A DNA stretch of 64,000 bases from contig CM102285.1 of assembly GCA_046563655.1 (NCBI GenBank), positions 9,672,001 through 9,736,000 of the forward strand, written 5' to 3'. Source of the DNA: Yuukianura sp. NJ FZ-2021. Lineage: Eukaryota. The position numbers and the translations under genes were made by a program. Of the stretch, positions 23,892-36,065 are shown piece after piece (positions within the stretch are counted from its first letter, which is position 1; each line of letters opens with the position of its first letter). Below the pieces are notes generated by a model. The model worked only from the letters and a program-made list of their open reading frames with translations. It was not told where the DNA came from and did no database searches.

Positions 23892-26800
23892 TCAGGCATT
23901 TGTTGGGAGAGCAGTAGTTGTTTGGATTCCGCATCCAGCCATATTTGGATTTGCAGCCACTGCTTTAGCAGCCGCGAGAGCTTTATCCGCTTGATGAGGA
24001 TTCTGACGTTCTGGAGCAAGTAAATCAGAACGATCACGCTCCCTTTCACGACCGGGCCGGTAGGAGTCTATCAAAGAATCCACTCGCTCTTCAGTTGGTT
24101 TCCATTCTTCAAAACCAGCTTCGTTTTGTAACCAAAACACAACGGTAGCATGTGTAGAACGTATGGCAACTTCATTCCTGTAATTCCAGACAGAAATTGT
24201 CAATTCAACCTCTCAAATGAAGAAATTGTAACTTAATTTCATTAAAAATGTCAAAAATGTCTCACTTTGGAACAGTGTGCTGAGCTCCACTTCTGTAATC
24301 ATGTTCAAAAGCTGGGATTGTCACTTGCTTCCGTTTCCAACTGGAGTTTTGGAGTCGATTGATCCACAACGAGTCTTGATGATGACTCGACTCGTTCTTC
24401 CCATCAAACTCAGGCAGAAATATGACAAACGACATTGGTTCCAGAGTAGAAGCTGTGAACGAACAAAATGGCAAAACACGAGCATTAGAATAAAAAATTA
24501 AAAAATGACGTCGAACAACACCATAATTTAAAATACTAAAATTGGACTTTTTTCAGGCAAATGCCTCAAGATCGCTCATAAACCCACAAATCCGCGAATC
24601 CAAAATACTCCGCAATTGTAAAAGAGAACCTTTCACGGTAGCAAAGTACATTACCTCACAGATATTGATTGTGGTCAGACTCGTCATCGTATCATCATTA
24701 AAATCCAAGTAAAGTCTCCAGAAACAAAAGTAAAATCTTAAGGTTTCTTACCTAAAAGACTCTCCGCGTGCGTAATAGCTGCATCAATGAGATCATCACA
24801 TAATGGAGGATGCATTTCAAAGGATCCGCATAATGGGCGAAACTCCAAGAAAGTTCCGGAAGAACCGAAATATCCATCCACATCCGGAAAAGCAGAACAA
24901 TAGTTCCGAAAGTAGCAGTTGAATGGAGAAGAAAAGCATTCAAAGGTCACACCAAAATTCCGTTGGATGGATTCAAAAACAGGAGTAGGAATGGAACCTA
25001 CAGTAGAATTATAATAAAATTAAATACAATTCCCTCTAAAAATACGAGTAATAAATAATCATGATAAATGTAAATTCATGCTCAGAGAACACAACAAATA
25101 TCAATTTCAATACTAAATGCTTCGAGTTCGATGTCACGTCAAAAGTCAGGACTCACCTTGCGTTGTCTGGCATGTTGTGTATTCGTTACAGAACGCATTG
25201 TAACGCTTCAGCAGACAATATACTCGGGTAAGAAAAAGTTCCTGCTTCTTGTCGTCTAACGCATGGTACTTGTAGAGTGCGTCCTAAAATAGTAATTAAT
25301 CTTCAAGTCTTCCCAACTTATTAGGATATTACAACTTTGTGACAGAAATTAAAAATACCAGCTTCTGTAGGTAATTTAGAGAGATTCGCACAGGTTCGTT
25401 TTTGTGTTTGATTAGAACGTTATCCTTATCCTGCTGCAAATAATCCACCAATGGTTTGTTCGGTTGTGGCAATGCTTCTTCTTTGAAGTGATACTCCGCA
25501 CATATCGCGGCTTGTGATTTGAACCTTCCGATTTCCTAAGTCAACCAAGGTTTCGATCTTAGTTTAATATTAGTATTTCGATTCGCTCATAAAGAGAAAA
25601 GAATTACCGTGTTCTGCGAGTGTTTCACATCTCCAGGACAAACAAAAAGTGCTAGATGTGCCTCCCGCGACTGGAGAGCATACTGGCGCGATAAAACACT
25701 GATTTTCTTACAAATGCCTTCAACGGAAGTTTTGGCTGCTTCGTGAACTAGTGGCTGAATAGTTTCTTTCAAATGGGCCAACCGTTCTTGGAATGCTTCG
25801 TATGGTGCTCCGACTGTTTCCCTTAGCCAAGTAAACGTTTCTTCGGCTTTCCATTTTACCAATTTTCTGTGATCACTAGAAGCGCTTCTGTAAAACAAAT
25901 AAATTGGAAAAAGAAATTAATGACAGACCGGAAGCAACTGTTACTCCAGTGGATTTTCGTTTTCAATCTAACCTGGTTTCGATAGTTTTCTTGCAAGCTT
26001 CGGCGAATTTCGCCAGCTGCTTCCGTGCATCACCGGTAAACCGTGGTTTTACAACTCTCATGGGAACATCGTTCATGATTTCTCTGAACATTGACGCAGA
26101 TACCACGCCCTCTGGGTTTTCACAGTATGGAAACAAAGAATCCATCTTTGAATCTTTAATTTTTTGTTCCATAAGCCACCTAAATTCAACGAGGAGTTGT
26201 TCTGAGTACATCTTTAAAATATCTTTAAGTTTCTTAATTTAAAAACCTTTGAAAAGTGACCAAATTGCAGTAGATAAGAAGAAGGGCAATACCTATTGAG
26301 AGATTCCTTCGGAGAATCAATTTGTTCACGAGATTTGCAGGCTTGCTGGTAACAAAGCCTTAACTTCGCCAGTAGCTGATAACGTAGCTGCTCGATCTGC
26401 GGATGTGGTGGAAGCAAATCCGGCCGCGGTGCTTGTGCTTCAGCAGTATACACGTTTGATGAAACTTCCAGATCCCACGGCCCACTATAAGAATCAAATC
26501 GTGATAGGCTAGAAATTTTGACTTCAACATTTAATGATTTCTTACGAAATAATAATTCTCTTTGCGGGAGGACACCCTATGAATTCACCGGAAGATGCTC
26601 TTCTTTTCATTCCAGCGTGGACGCCAGCATGTTGAATACCAAGTGGATCAGTGATAGGATCATACTGTGTAGCAAAGCAAAAAACCGAATGTTTCGTTTA
26701 CTTACTTCACATTTTTACTGAAAAGTAGGCGCATAGTTTTCTTACATGATGTCCGTGGCGTCCAGGAGCGGGCATTTCCCAAATCGACTCGTTCGTATTG

Positions 26801-27633
26801 CAGTTGAAAAAGTAAAATCTTCCTTCCCGTTTACTCCAACACTTTGTCCATCCTTGTTCAACTAGATTGGGTGGTAATTCTGGTCCTTTGTCCGAGGGTG
26901 TAGCACCGAATGGATTTGGCATAGGGACACCCTAAAATTGAAATAGTGTAAATCAGAAGCGGACTGGTATGTTTAATAGACAACCAAATTATCGTACTTG
27001 AGGTGTCTGCGGCACTGATACGGCCGTGCTTCCAGAACTGGGAGGGTTTGGTGGAAGTGGAGACGCCGTTGGGAGTCGCAGCCCAACATTATACGGATCC
27101 ACATGCTGCTCTGGAGGAAGAACAGGTCCGGAACCGGAAGGATGATGGTAGAACTCCGGAGGTGGAAGATTTGGTGGATTTCCTAGCCTAGGACCTGGAA
27201 CAGTAGGAAGATGCTGCTGATGGTGTTGGGAATGAACTGGTGGTGACCCATGAAGCTGGTAATATGACTGCTGCTGCTGCTGTGGATGAAGATGTGGAAT
27301 ACTTGGATGCTGATGCTGGTGATGTTGAAGATGAAGTGGTGGATTGTTCGGTATCAATGGGTGCCCATGCGGCGGGTGATGTTGGTTATAAAGTGGTCCA
27401 CTAGAACCTTGATTGTGAATGTGGTTGACTGAGTCAAGATGTTGTTGTTGTTGGTGCGGGGGAAGATGAGGTGAGATGGGCATGGGCACTGACTCTGCTC
27501 GAAATGGCGGTGGAATCCCAATGTTATGTTGGTCCAAATGACCAACGGATGAAACTTCACTTCCTCCAGGATTATACGAGTAGTTTCCAATTGGTGGTCC
27601 ATTGCCACCATGTCCAAGTTCCCATGAAGCCAT
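23892..27633 (-). CDS. PCIF1: PCIF1/CAPAM (WW domain + cap-specific m6Am methyltransferase fold), multi-exon, with variant catalytic motif
   Basis: WW domain GWTKCWSKREGRFYFFNCNTNESIWEMP; PPHPQIEQLR; VVKPRFTGDARKQLAKFAEA; FECFSSPFNCYFRNYCSAFPDVDGYFGS; SFVIFLPE; VVFWLQNEAGFEEW. Confidence 0.95.
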
Positions 27634-29690
27634 TTTCCTTACCAGAAGTGTCGTTCCTTGGGTCAAATAGCTGTATTTTGTCAATTGTTAGTTAAAAATC
27701 GTTGACTTGGATGAGTCCACGTTAGAATCCATTGACGGAGAAATGGAGCAATACTCCACCCTAGACGACGCCTCAACTGCACCTGAACACTTTCCTTCTA
27801 TCATCTTCTGTATTGAATGGAATATGGAATCTTCTTCTCATGCGGGGAGATGTTGTCTCGGATTATAATGCTGTCACTATACTTACTAGCCAATGCGTCC
27901 AATATGCTGGCACTAAACAGCACCCACTACTGGCAAAAACCCCTGAACTGCTGATCTGTGAACACACACGTGTGTTTCCGCGTGCGCAGTCGGCCTCTTG
28001 ATGGTTTTTACTGAGCACTGTTGTGCATAGCAAATTTACACATTTGCCTTACCGCACCATGTATCGTGTTTTGAAAGGTCGGTTAATTGAAGACACAATT
28101 TTGATGCTAAACTATGCTTTCTTTCAATCATTTCTTTCTAGGATATTTCATATTTTGGATCTTATTATCAATTTTGTCTTATTAATCAATGACAAGAAGT
28201 TATTTATTTCGAGTTCGACTCGTCTTCTCCAGCAACATTGGTTTAAAGTGTCGTCGTAACTTGAAGCCTTAGCTTGGTTTGATTCTATTCTGGAAATATT
28301 TTTCTTTCATGTAGAATACTGCTGATGAGTTTGAAGTAAATTAACGTTAACTTTAATTAGGTGTAGTTGTGGTTAGCGTTAAATTCTCCAACGATTCATT
28401 AGATTTGTTTTTTCAACCGAGTGGTTTTGAAGTTCGGGTAGGGTGCGGCAAGCGGTTTTTGGACAAGAATGGCAGGTAGGTGAACCTTTTGTTTCAGAAG
28501 AAGCGTAGCGGTCTACCGCGAAGTTTAAATGAGATGGGGGACATTGTTTTGGTAAAGTCAAAAGTCGCAGAGGAGTACTGATCACTGGCGCCGCTGGTTA
28601 GGAAGGACCTTCTCGTTATGTCATAAGCGTAAAACACCATATCAATTAATTCGATTTAACAAACTCTTTTTTGTGCAAATCGCTAAATGGCTTGCTTTAA
28701 CGGCACTATATCAGAGGAACAGTGATGCATAATGTACAGATCTCTTGAAAAACTTGAATGAAATTAAGCAACAAAGATCATATCCACGAGACCGAAGGAA
28801 GTCGAGGACGAGAGGAAGAACGCAAAAAGTGGACGATCGTGTATGGTTGAGTTCGTACTAAATTAAGTGGAGTTGTATTTGGGTGGTGGTTCAGTGGTCA
28901 GTTGAATTTAGAACTGGTAGAAGTGATCAAATTTCTACATTTGACGACTACCAAATGATACGGTGATGGATGGGAGAGGTGAATCATATCACTAAACAGT
29001 AAGTAATTGATCAGTGAAGCGGAACTGACTAGCTGCTACTGAATACTAAATTGATTACCGATCTAACCGCGATCCGCGATTTATGATGGACGGCTGACGG
29101 TGAGCTAGTTGTTAGTAAAGTTCATTCTTCACCCGGATTTCTCCGTAACCTTAAAATTTTTATACCGGTAAGGATATCCGGCATGACATGTGTGTAATAC
29201 GGAAATCGTAGAGGATGACAACAAGACAACATTGTCTAGAATTTTCAACTTTAGACTTTCAAGCATGTAGAGTTAGGGTTTGGTGCAAGTTAGCAAGTTG
29301 TGGAGTCGGATTGCGTTTGGCTATTCAATTTAATTAAAAGCAATTAACAATGCATTGTTGAAGTTTATAATTTTGAACTGACCATTTGTCCTTGGGGATT
29401 GTTTTCAGGAGGGCCATTACCACTATCAACACGCATCGAAATTTTGCTAGTTTTTCGCCTTTCAAGAACACCTAAGGAAATCGGGGAGCGAGCTGAGCAA
29501 GAAGAGTCCCATTCATTACCGTCCCCAGTTTTATTCCACTGTTTACTTTAACAACTCTATGGGTTGTTGACGGGTTCTATTCTACCATTCGATTTCTGAA
29601 AACCAGCACAAATTGAGCTGTCTTTCTGAAGAAAAACCACTTCATTGAGCATCTCGTTAGTAGTTCGGCTAAAAACAGCAAGGCATCACG

Positions 29691-31487
29691 ATGCCTTCAT
29701 CACCTTGCAGAATGGAAACGCAGTACTTGACAACGGAGCATTTGGAAGGATTCGACAATTATAAAGTAATATTTTATATTAAATATTAAAACATCAAAAC
29801 TGTAAGTCATTATTGTGTTTTTAGTATTCATCTGTGGATACCAGTCCCTTGAGCAATTATGTGATGCACCCATTCTGGAATGCAGTGGTCAAGGTATGTT
29901 TAGGTTTTTTTCACATCGAATTTCTTAACTTCACACTACTTTCCAGATGTAGTAGGCAGGCGTCGAGACTATTTTTGTTTTAGTCTTGTTTTTGGAAATG
30001 GATAGTCTTGAGTTTTCTTGACTATTGAACCCGGAGTATGATAAATTCTAAGGTCATTTTGATTTTTTAAGTTGCGGTTTGATGGCTGTCTTATCAATTT
30101 CAGATTTGTCCAATGTGGATCGCACCAAATCTCCTAACCTTCACTGGATTCCTTTTTACCGTCGCAAATTTCGTTTTGCTGAGTATCTATGACTACAGTT
30201 TCCATGCTGCTGATCATGATAGTATGGATGGTTATTCACCGGTGCCAAAATGGGTTTGGATAATCGCTGCCTTCAACCTCTTCATGGCTCATACATTAGG
30301 TAAGTACTTAATAGCAGCCTTAATAGACTTGTTTATGTGCATGTCCGTCCATCTGCAATTAAGTTGAATGATATCTAACTTTTGATTGGTAAATGACTTC
30401 AGATGGCATCGATGGCAAACAAGCCAGGCGTACTGGCTCCTCTGGGCCTTTGGGAGAACTGTTTGACCATGGGTAAACATTTTTTTAAATAGCAGAAAAT
30501 ATGAAAATTCTAATAAGAATTGTTCTTTTTTAGGTTGGACTCATGGACTACAGTCTTTATTCCAACCGGTCTTTACTCTGTCTTCGGACGTGGACCCAGA
30601 AGTATACCAATCAAACGAATGTTCTTCTGTTATTGGAACGTTTTCTTCAATTTTATTTTTTCTCACTGGGAGAAGTATAATACAGGAGTACTTTACCTTC
30701 CGTGGGGCTACGACGCTTCCATGCTGGTAAGTTTTGAATAATATTGACTACATAGTAGGATAGACCATATCTGTTGACAACTTCGTGTCATCTCGACAAT
30801 TTTCTTTACTCCAGGCCTGCTTTATTGTTTTCCTCGTAAGTGCTTTCGGTGGGCACGAAATCTGGCATTTCAGCGTCCTAGGAATTTCCAGTGGAAACAT
30901 TGTCGAGTTTTTACTTTACGCTGGATCCATTGGGTTGTCAATGCCTGTCGCATGTTACAATGTCTACAGGTGACTTACTATTGAAAAAACTCAGCTTGTT
31001 ACTAAATGCGTTGGAAAAAATATTCATTGTACGCAAACGTTTGCTTTCCAGGAGCTACAAAGACGGAACGGGAAAATTAAGGCCGTACATCGAAGCCTTC
31101 CAACCTCTGTTTTCCTCCCTATTTCTAATGTTCATTACGACACTATGGGTGTTTCTGTCTCCTGTGGACATTTTGGAGGTGGAGCCTCGGATGTTCTTCT
31201 ACATGATGGGTACCATATTTTCGCACATTTGCTGTCGCCTGATTGTTGCCCAAATGAGCTCAACCAAGTGCGAAGCCTTTAACTGGTTGCTATTTCCAAC
31301 GACGGCTCTGACCCTGGTTGCCATTACTCTGAGACCTGGCCAAATATTTGAAGTGATGGCAGTCTACGTCCTCACGACACTCTCTACACTCACACAGATT
31401 CACTATGGTGTCTATGTTGTTCGACAAATGTGCAGGCACTTCAGGATCGACTGCTTCAAGATTAAGGATAAGGCAAACACAGATTGA
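29691..31487 (+). CDS. SELENOI: Ethanolaminephosphotransferase 1 (CDP-alcohol phosphotransferase), 7 coding exons; possible UGA recoding to 31508
   Basis: [46 protein letters not shown]-alcohol motif [46 protein letters not shown] (EPT1-type); [11 protein letters not shown]. Confidence 0.95.
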
Positions 31488-32636
31488 CTATTAGCCGACA
31501 GCGCATGAAGTATGTACATTGGAAGATTTAGAGTTGACAAAAACTTGGGATGAGAACATTGACAAGTTACGTGAAATATGACAACTGCACCAACACGTAC
31601 ATTCCTTTGTGTTGTTTTGTTTTATGTCCCAGTTTTTGTTTCCTTCTTAAATTTTTCAGTATACATTTGTGTGAATTGCATGGCAAAATCATTACATTTC
31701 CTTTTTGCTTCTTTACGTTTCAATTTTCCTTTTATTCGTTTCGATTTTCCTCTTCAACGCTAATTATTTCTGTTCATTTGATACAATTTCTTTTCCGTCG
31801 TTTTGCAAACCGCTTCTGTCCTGTATAAATTACTTTACTCCGGACCGTCTAATATCCGTCATTTTCCAGAATATATTGGTACCTGATTTTGAAATTTCGA
31901 AGTTGTTTTTTTTATTTTTCGAAATTCTGGGGAAAAAAACGGATGCCATTCCGAGCATCAGTTTTCGCTGGGCTCAAAAAAGCAGTGCAGCTATTAAATC
32001 TTTAATCTCCTTAAGCGGCCTGATTAACTAACACCTATTGGCTCAAATGGAACTTTTACTTTATAAAAATTCGCCCTTAGAATCGAACATAGTTTAAATC
32101 AGTTACAGCTTAATCACTCCAGCCCTTGTTTCCGATGCCTTTAAACTTATTAACATGTTACTTTAAAAAAATAGTGTCTAAAATTGCTTTAGTTTTGTAT
32201 TAGAAAACAAAGCATGCAGATGCATTTTCTAACAATATTGCTAAAATATACTTGTGAGGTGTTGCCAAAAACTCATCTTTAACCTCTCGTACTAAATCTT
32301 GTTCATAAACTATATGTTGACTACTGAATAACAAAGCTAGTTTTCTCAATTCTTACAACTGCTGTTCATCTTTCTTCATCTTTCTTGTTCTTTTGTATTG
32401 ATTTTGCCACAATTTATACATTTATTAACATCACTGTCATTGGACGCGTAAAATCCCAATAGGACTTCACTGTGTTTTGAATGACTTTTCATGCGTTGTC
32501 GCCTCGTAAAACCAACTCCATACTCATTCTCCAGAGTTTCCGAACAAAAAGTTAGATCTGGTTCCTAATATTCACAAATAATCCAGTAAATCCAGTTACT
32601 TAATAACGCTAATTTTTGGTAAAATTTACTCGAAAG

Positions 32637-32848
32637 TAGAGTAAAACCTCTCATTGCGCAACACGTTTTTCTCGTTCATTCAACGACGGGATACAGGAGA
32701 AATCAAATTTTCGAGAGATTATAATTAATAATAATCTAATACAAGGCGCAACATCAATTCGGCGATTGGAATTTAGCATAAGCACGCTGCTTAATTAGAA
32801 TTTCTAAAAAGTAAAAGCTCTCAGTGCGCACGGAGAGGTTTTACTGTA
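32637..32848. mobile_element. Degenerate MITE with TA-flanked (C/G)AGTAAAACCTCTC termini (Tc1/mariner-pogo-like)
   Basis: Left end TAGAGTAAAACCTCTCATTGCGCA versus reverse complement of right end TACAGTAAAACCTCTCCGTGCGCA. Confidence 0.65.
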
Positions 32849-33769
32849 CTTTCACTGTTTTGAAACAAGAGCCAGTTACTGAACTCTGCGACTTTCACTT
32901 TGTTCCTTCTTTTAGTTTAAACTTAAAGAATCAAAGCTTTAGTATCATTAGTATTTTCGGTACATCTTCTTACGTTTTCTTTGGAAGCAAAATTGATTCA
33001 AAAAGATTTCAATTCTTTCAAAATGCAACAGAATGGTATACTTTTGTGTAAAAGACAAATTCAAAACACTCTAAAAAAAAAGTCATTTATTGCCAAATGA
33101 GAATTATAAAAGTTAGAAAATTCGAAAATAGAAATAAAATTAGACGTTTCGTTGAAAGAGGCGTTGGCGTTTATTAACGTGACTTCAATTCCGTGAAGTC
33201 GTATTTCCATTTCGCTGGAATTGAAAACGTCACCGAGAAACAGTGACTAATAGGCAGCTTACCTTTAATTTCCAGGAATTTGAGATATGAAAAACACAGC
33301 AGCACTGCAGTAGAGTCGGAAGTGGCCTAGATTTCATTTATGACTGATAATCATGCAATCTCGTAATTATTAGTCACAGGAGAGTGTTAAAGTTGTTCAA
33401 GTGTTCTAAATTAGACTTTATTACATCATGTTCCAAACTGAATCCTGGAACACACAAGTTTCCACCAGTCTATTTTAAGCAGAGAACATACAAAATTAAA
33501 TTGAAACAGCCTTTGGGAAGTTATACACTGGAGTGTTCTTAGAAAACCACCATAAAACAATATATTATGCATGCTCAATATTTCTGTTCAAACGAAACTT
33601 TAAAACAGCAACGATGAGATTTTGAATTTAAAATTAAAAAAGAGAGAGCAAAATAATTTGTGATCTAGATCGACGCAGTCGTAGTTATTATAATGTTTTG
33701 GGCTGCGTTGTCTACGGACTATATAATTTTTGAATTCAAAATTTTGACGTTTTTTTTGAAGATTTGTCT

Positions 33770-36065
33770 TCATGATTTTGACGTAAGTCGGAAAACGGTT
33801 TCGACTCCATTGACGTTTACACTGACGGACTTTGTTGAGGAATCCATTTTGTCCAAGTACTTGGTGAAACTGCTAACGATATTCCTGTTTGAAAAGTTTA
33901 GAATCGTTATTTTCAAAATTTCGAAAAAATTGAAATGTACAATTTGTAATTTTACATGTATTTGTCTTGGAGTCCACTGGAATTTGTCTTGTAGCGAACA
34001 ATGAACCAGAGGTCACTGGGTAACTTGTAAGCATAGATGTCATGGGGAGCCTTGAAGTTTGGATTCATGTGCTTCTGAAATGCTTCCTGGAGGGTTGCAT
34101 GTTCATCATCTACTGGACTCGGTTTGATGTGATCCGTTGTCATGATATAGGCATGTCGTTCGTAGTCATTTTCCTCTGAATATTCTTCTTCTGATGACCT
34201 GTGACCTCTGGGGTGACTTTTGTAATTTGATTCTCGACGGATATGATTTGAGTGATGGCTGGGTACGCTGCTTTCACCGACTTTCTTTTCAACATTTTCT
34301 GTTTTTCTCCAAGGCTGGATTTCATTTTGGTGACTGTGCTGTGTATGCATTTGGTTGTTGGAATTATGTGACTCTTGTTCATTTCTCGTTCGATGTGTGC
34401 GTGAAGTCACGGAGCCAAAGGTCATGACCAGGAAATAGGCAATTACCTGGACAGGGAAAATAGAAAACAAGAGACATGTAACATTGTTTTGTATTGGAAA
34501 CTTTCTGTTTCAGAGAAAGTGAAAATACAAAACAGAATTTGAAACTCCAAATCCCTGTTTAAGGTCGAAACGGGATTGGAATGCAAATAGGATTTGGAAT
34601 TCTTCTGAGAAGAAAGTAATTTCAAAGTTCCATTAAGGGTGGAGAACTTCCTAAAATCCCAGAGAAAGCCAATTCACTAACATTTCCAAATAACACTGTT
34701 ACACTAAACCAATTTCCCAAAACATGCAACCTTTATTTCTGTTGATGATTTGGAAAGCTTTTCCCATTCCTTTTAACGATTTAACAATTGATTTCCGTTG
34801 TGCAAATAAATTTAATAACAAAAGAAGATGAAAGTGAATTTTTGGAAAACATTTTTTAATTTTTGAACCCTCCCCTGTTTCAGTTTCAATTAATATCTAA
34901 ATTGAAATTAATTAAAACTTTGCCTCTTAATTGCAATTTTAAAGCGTCCTTTCCTCGTTTAAAATTAGCTATTTTTAGCACTTTCTAGAATCTTTGACTT
35001 CGTAAATGCGAAATTCCGGTTACGTCATGGAATTATTTGTCCCATGAATTGAAACGTTAAGTCTTTGAAGATAAACAATTTTTATTCAAGTTTTTATGAT
35101 GAAAAAATTAATCGTGTTTGAATTGACTACAATTCCAGTATGCCCTTTGACCTCTTGAGTACGCATTAATTTTTTTTCTCACAAAGAAGACTGGATTATG
35201 TCATTCCCAATTTTAGTTTGCCAAAAATAAATGACAACGACCATCCTTAAATTTCCATATACGAGGCAAATTACTGTGTGTAGGAAGAGTATTAGCAGAG
35301 AAAAAGTTGTCTTTACTGAATTATTTGCATAAGTACTATTGAAAATTGGCGACAGAAATTTTTGCAACACAAAAAATTCCTTTTGTTCTCCCAACTTCAT
35401 TTTCATTTGGGGAACTTTGTCAACAGGTCCTTTTGTAGTCTTATGAGTAGGCTGAATATTTTCGGAAAATAAAACTTCTTTTTGGAAAGAAAATTCTTGC
35501 TTTTTGCAAAAATTAATTCAATCGACAGTTGAATAGGTGAGTGGACAGGCAAAACGTTTACCTTAGCTTAAGCTCATAGACAGCATGAAGGTTATCCTAA
35601 ATTCGTATAAAAAATGTAACCCGGATTTTGTAGCACTTTCCTCCTGTACTTTACGCCTAAAATGACGTCAGCTGAAGCGTCAACTTCAACAGTTCACTCG
35701 TGACAGGAACCTATTATCCTCCACTTTACTTCAAGTGTCAATTTCCGCCCATATGAGTCCCAAATCCTTTAGGAAATCTCCTCTGATTTTTCATTTTTGA
35801 AAAAAAAAATCTCAAATTCAATCAGTAGTTTTCATCTCTCAAAATCTCAAATTCTCAGATTTTGAAAAAGAAAACTGCAAAAGTTATTAAATTCGACTAA
35901 ATTTAAAATGTCACAGTGGTAATTTCTGGAACTTCCGGAAAACCATGCTTTATATACAAGTTCAAGTTGTGTTATTATGATTTATCATAAATTGTTGTTT
36001 ACATTATTATAATTCTAAGTAAAGTTTGTTGATCATACCGTAAACACTGGATGAGGAAACCGCAT
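33770..36065 (-). CDS. Secreted His/Glu/Ser-rich protein of unknown function, 3 coding exons
   Basis: Exon 36065-36039 (MRFPHPVFT) splices in phase to exon 34446-~33956 (VIAYFLVMTFGSVTS...), completing a signal peptide. The last exon reads NIVSSFTKYLDK...VFRLTSKS*. Confidence 0.65.

Noticed and set aside
31505..33100. Candidate SECIS elements at ATGA/GTGA sites (~31505, 31550, 31578, 31671, 32254, 32482) and a GC-richer partial hairpin at ~31955-32025
   Set aside because: None gave a convincing helix II with apical AA and a 3' GA quartet by eye. A formal SECISearch3 run is still needed.
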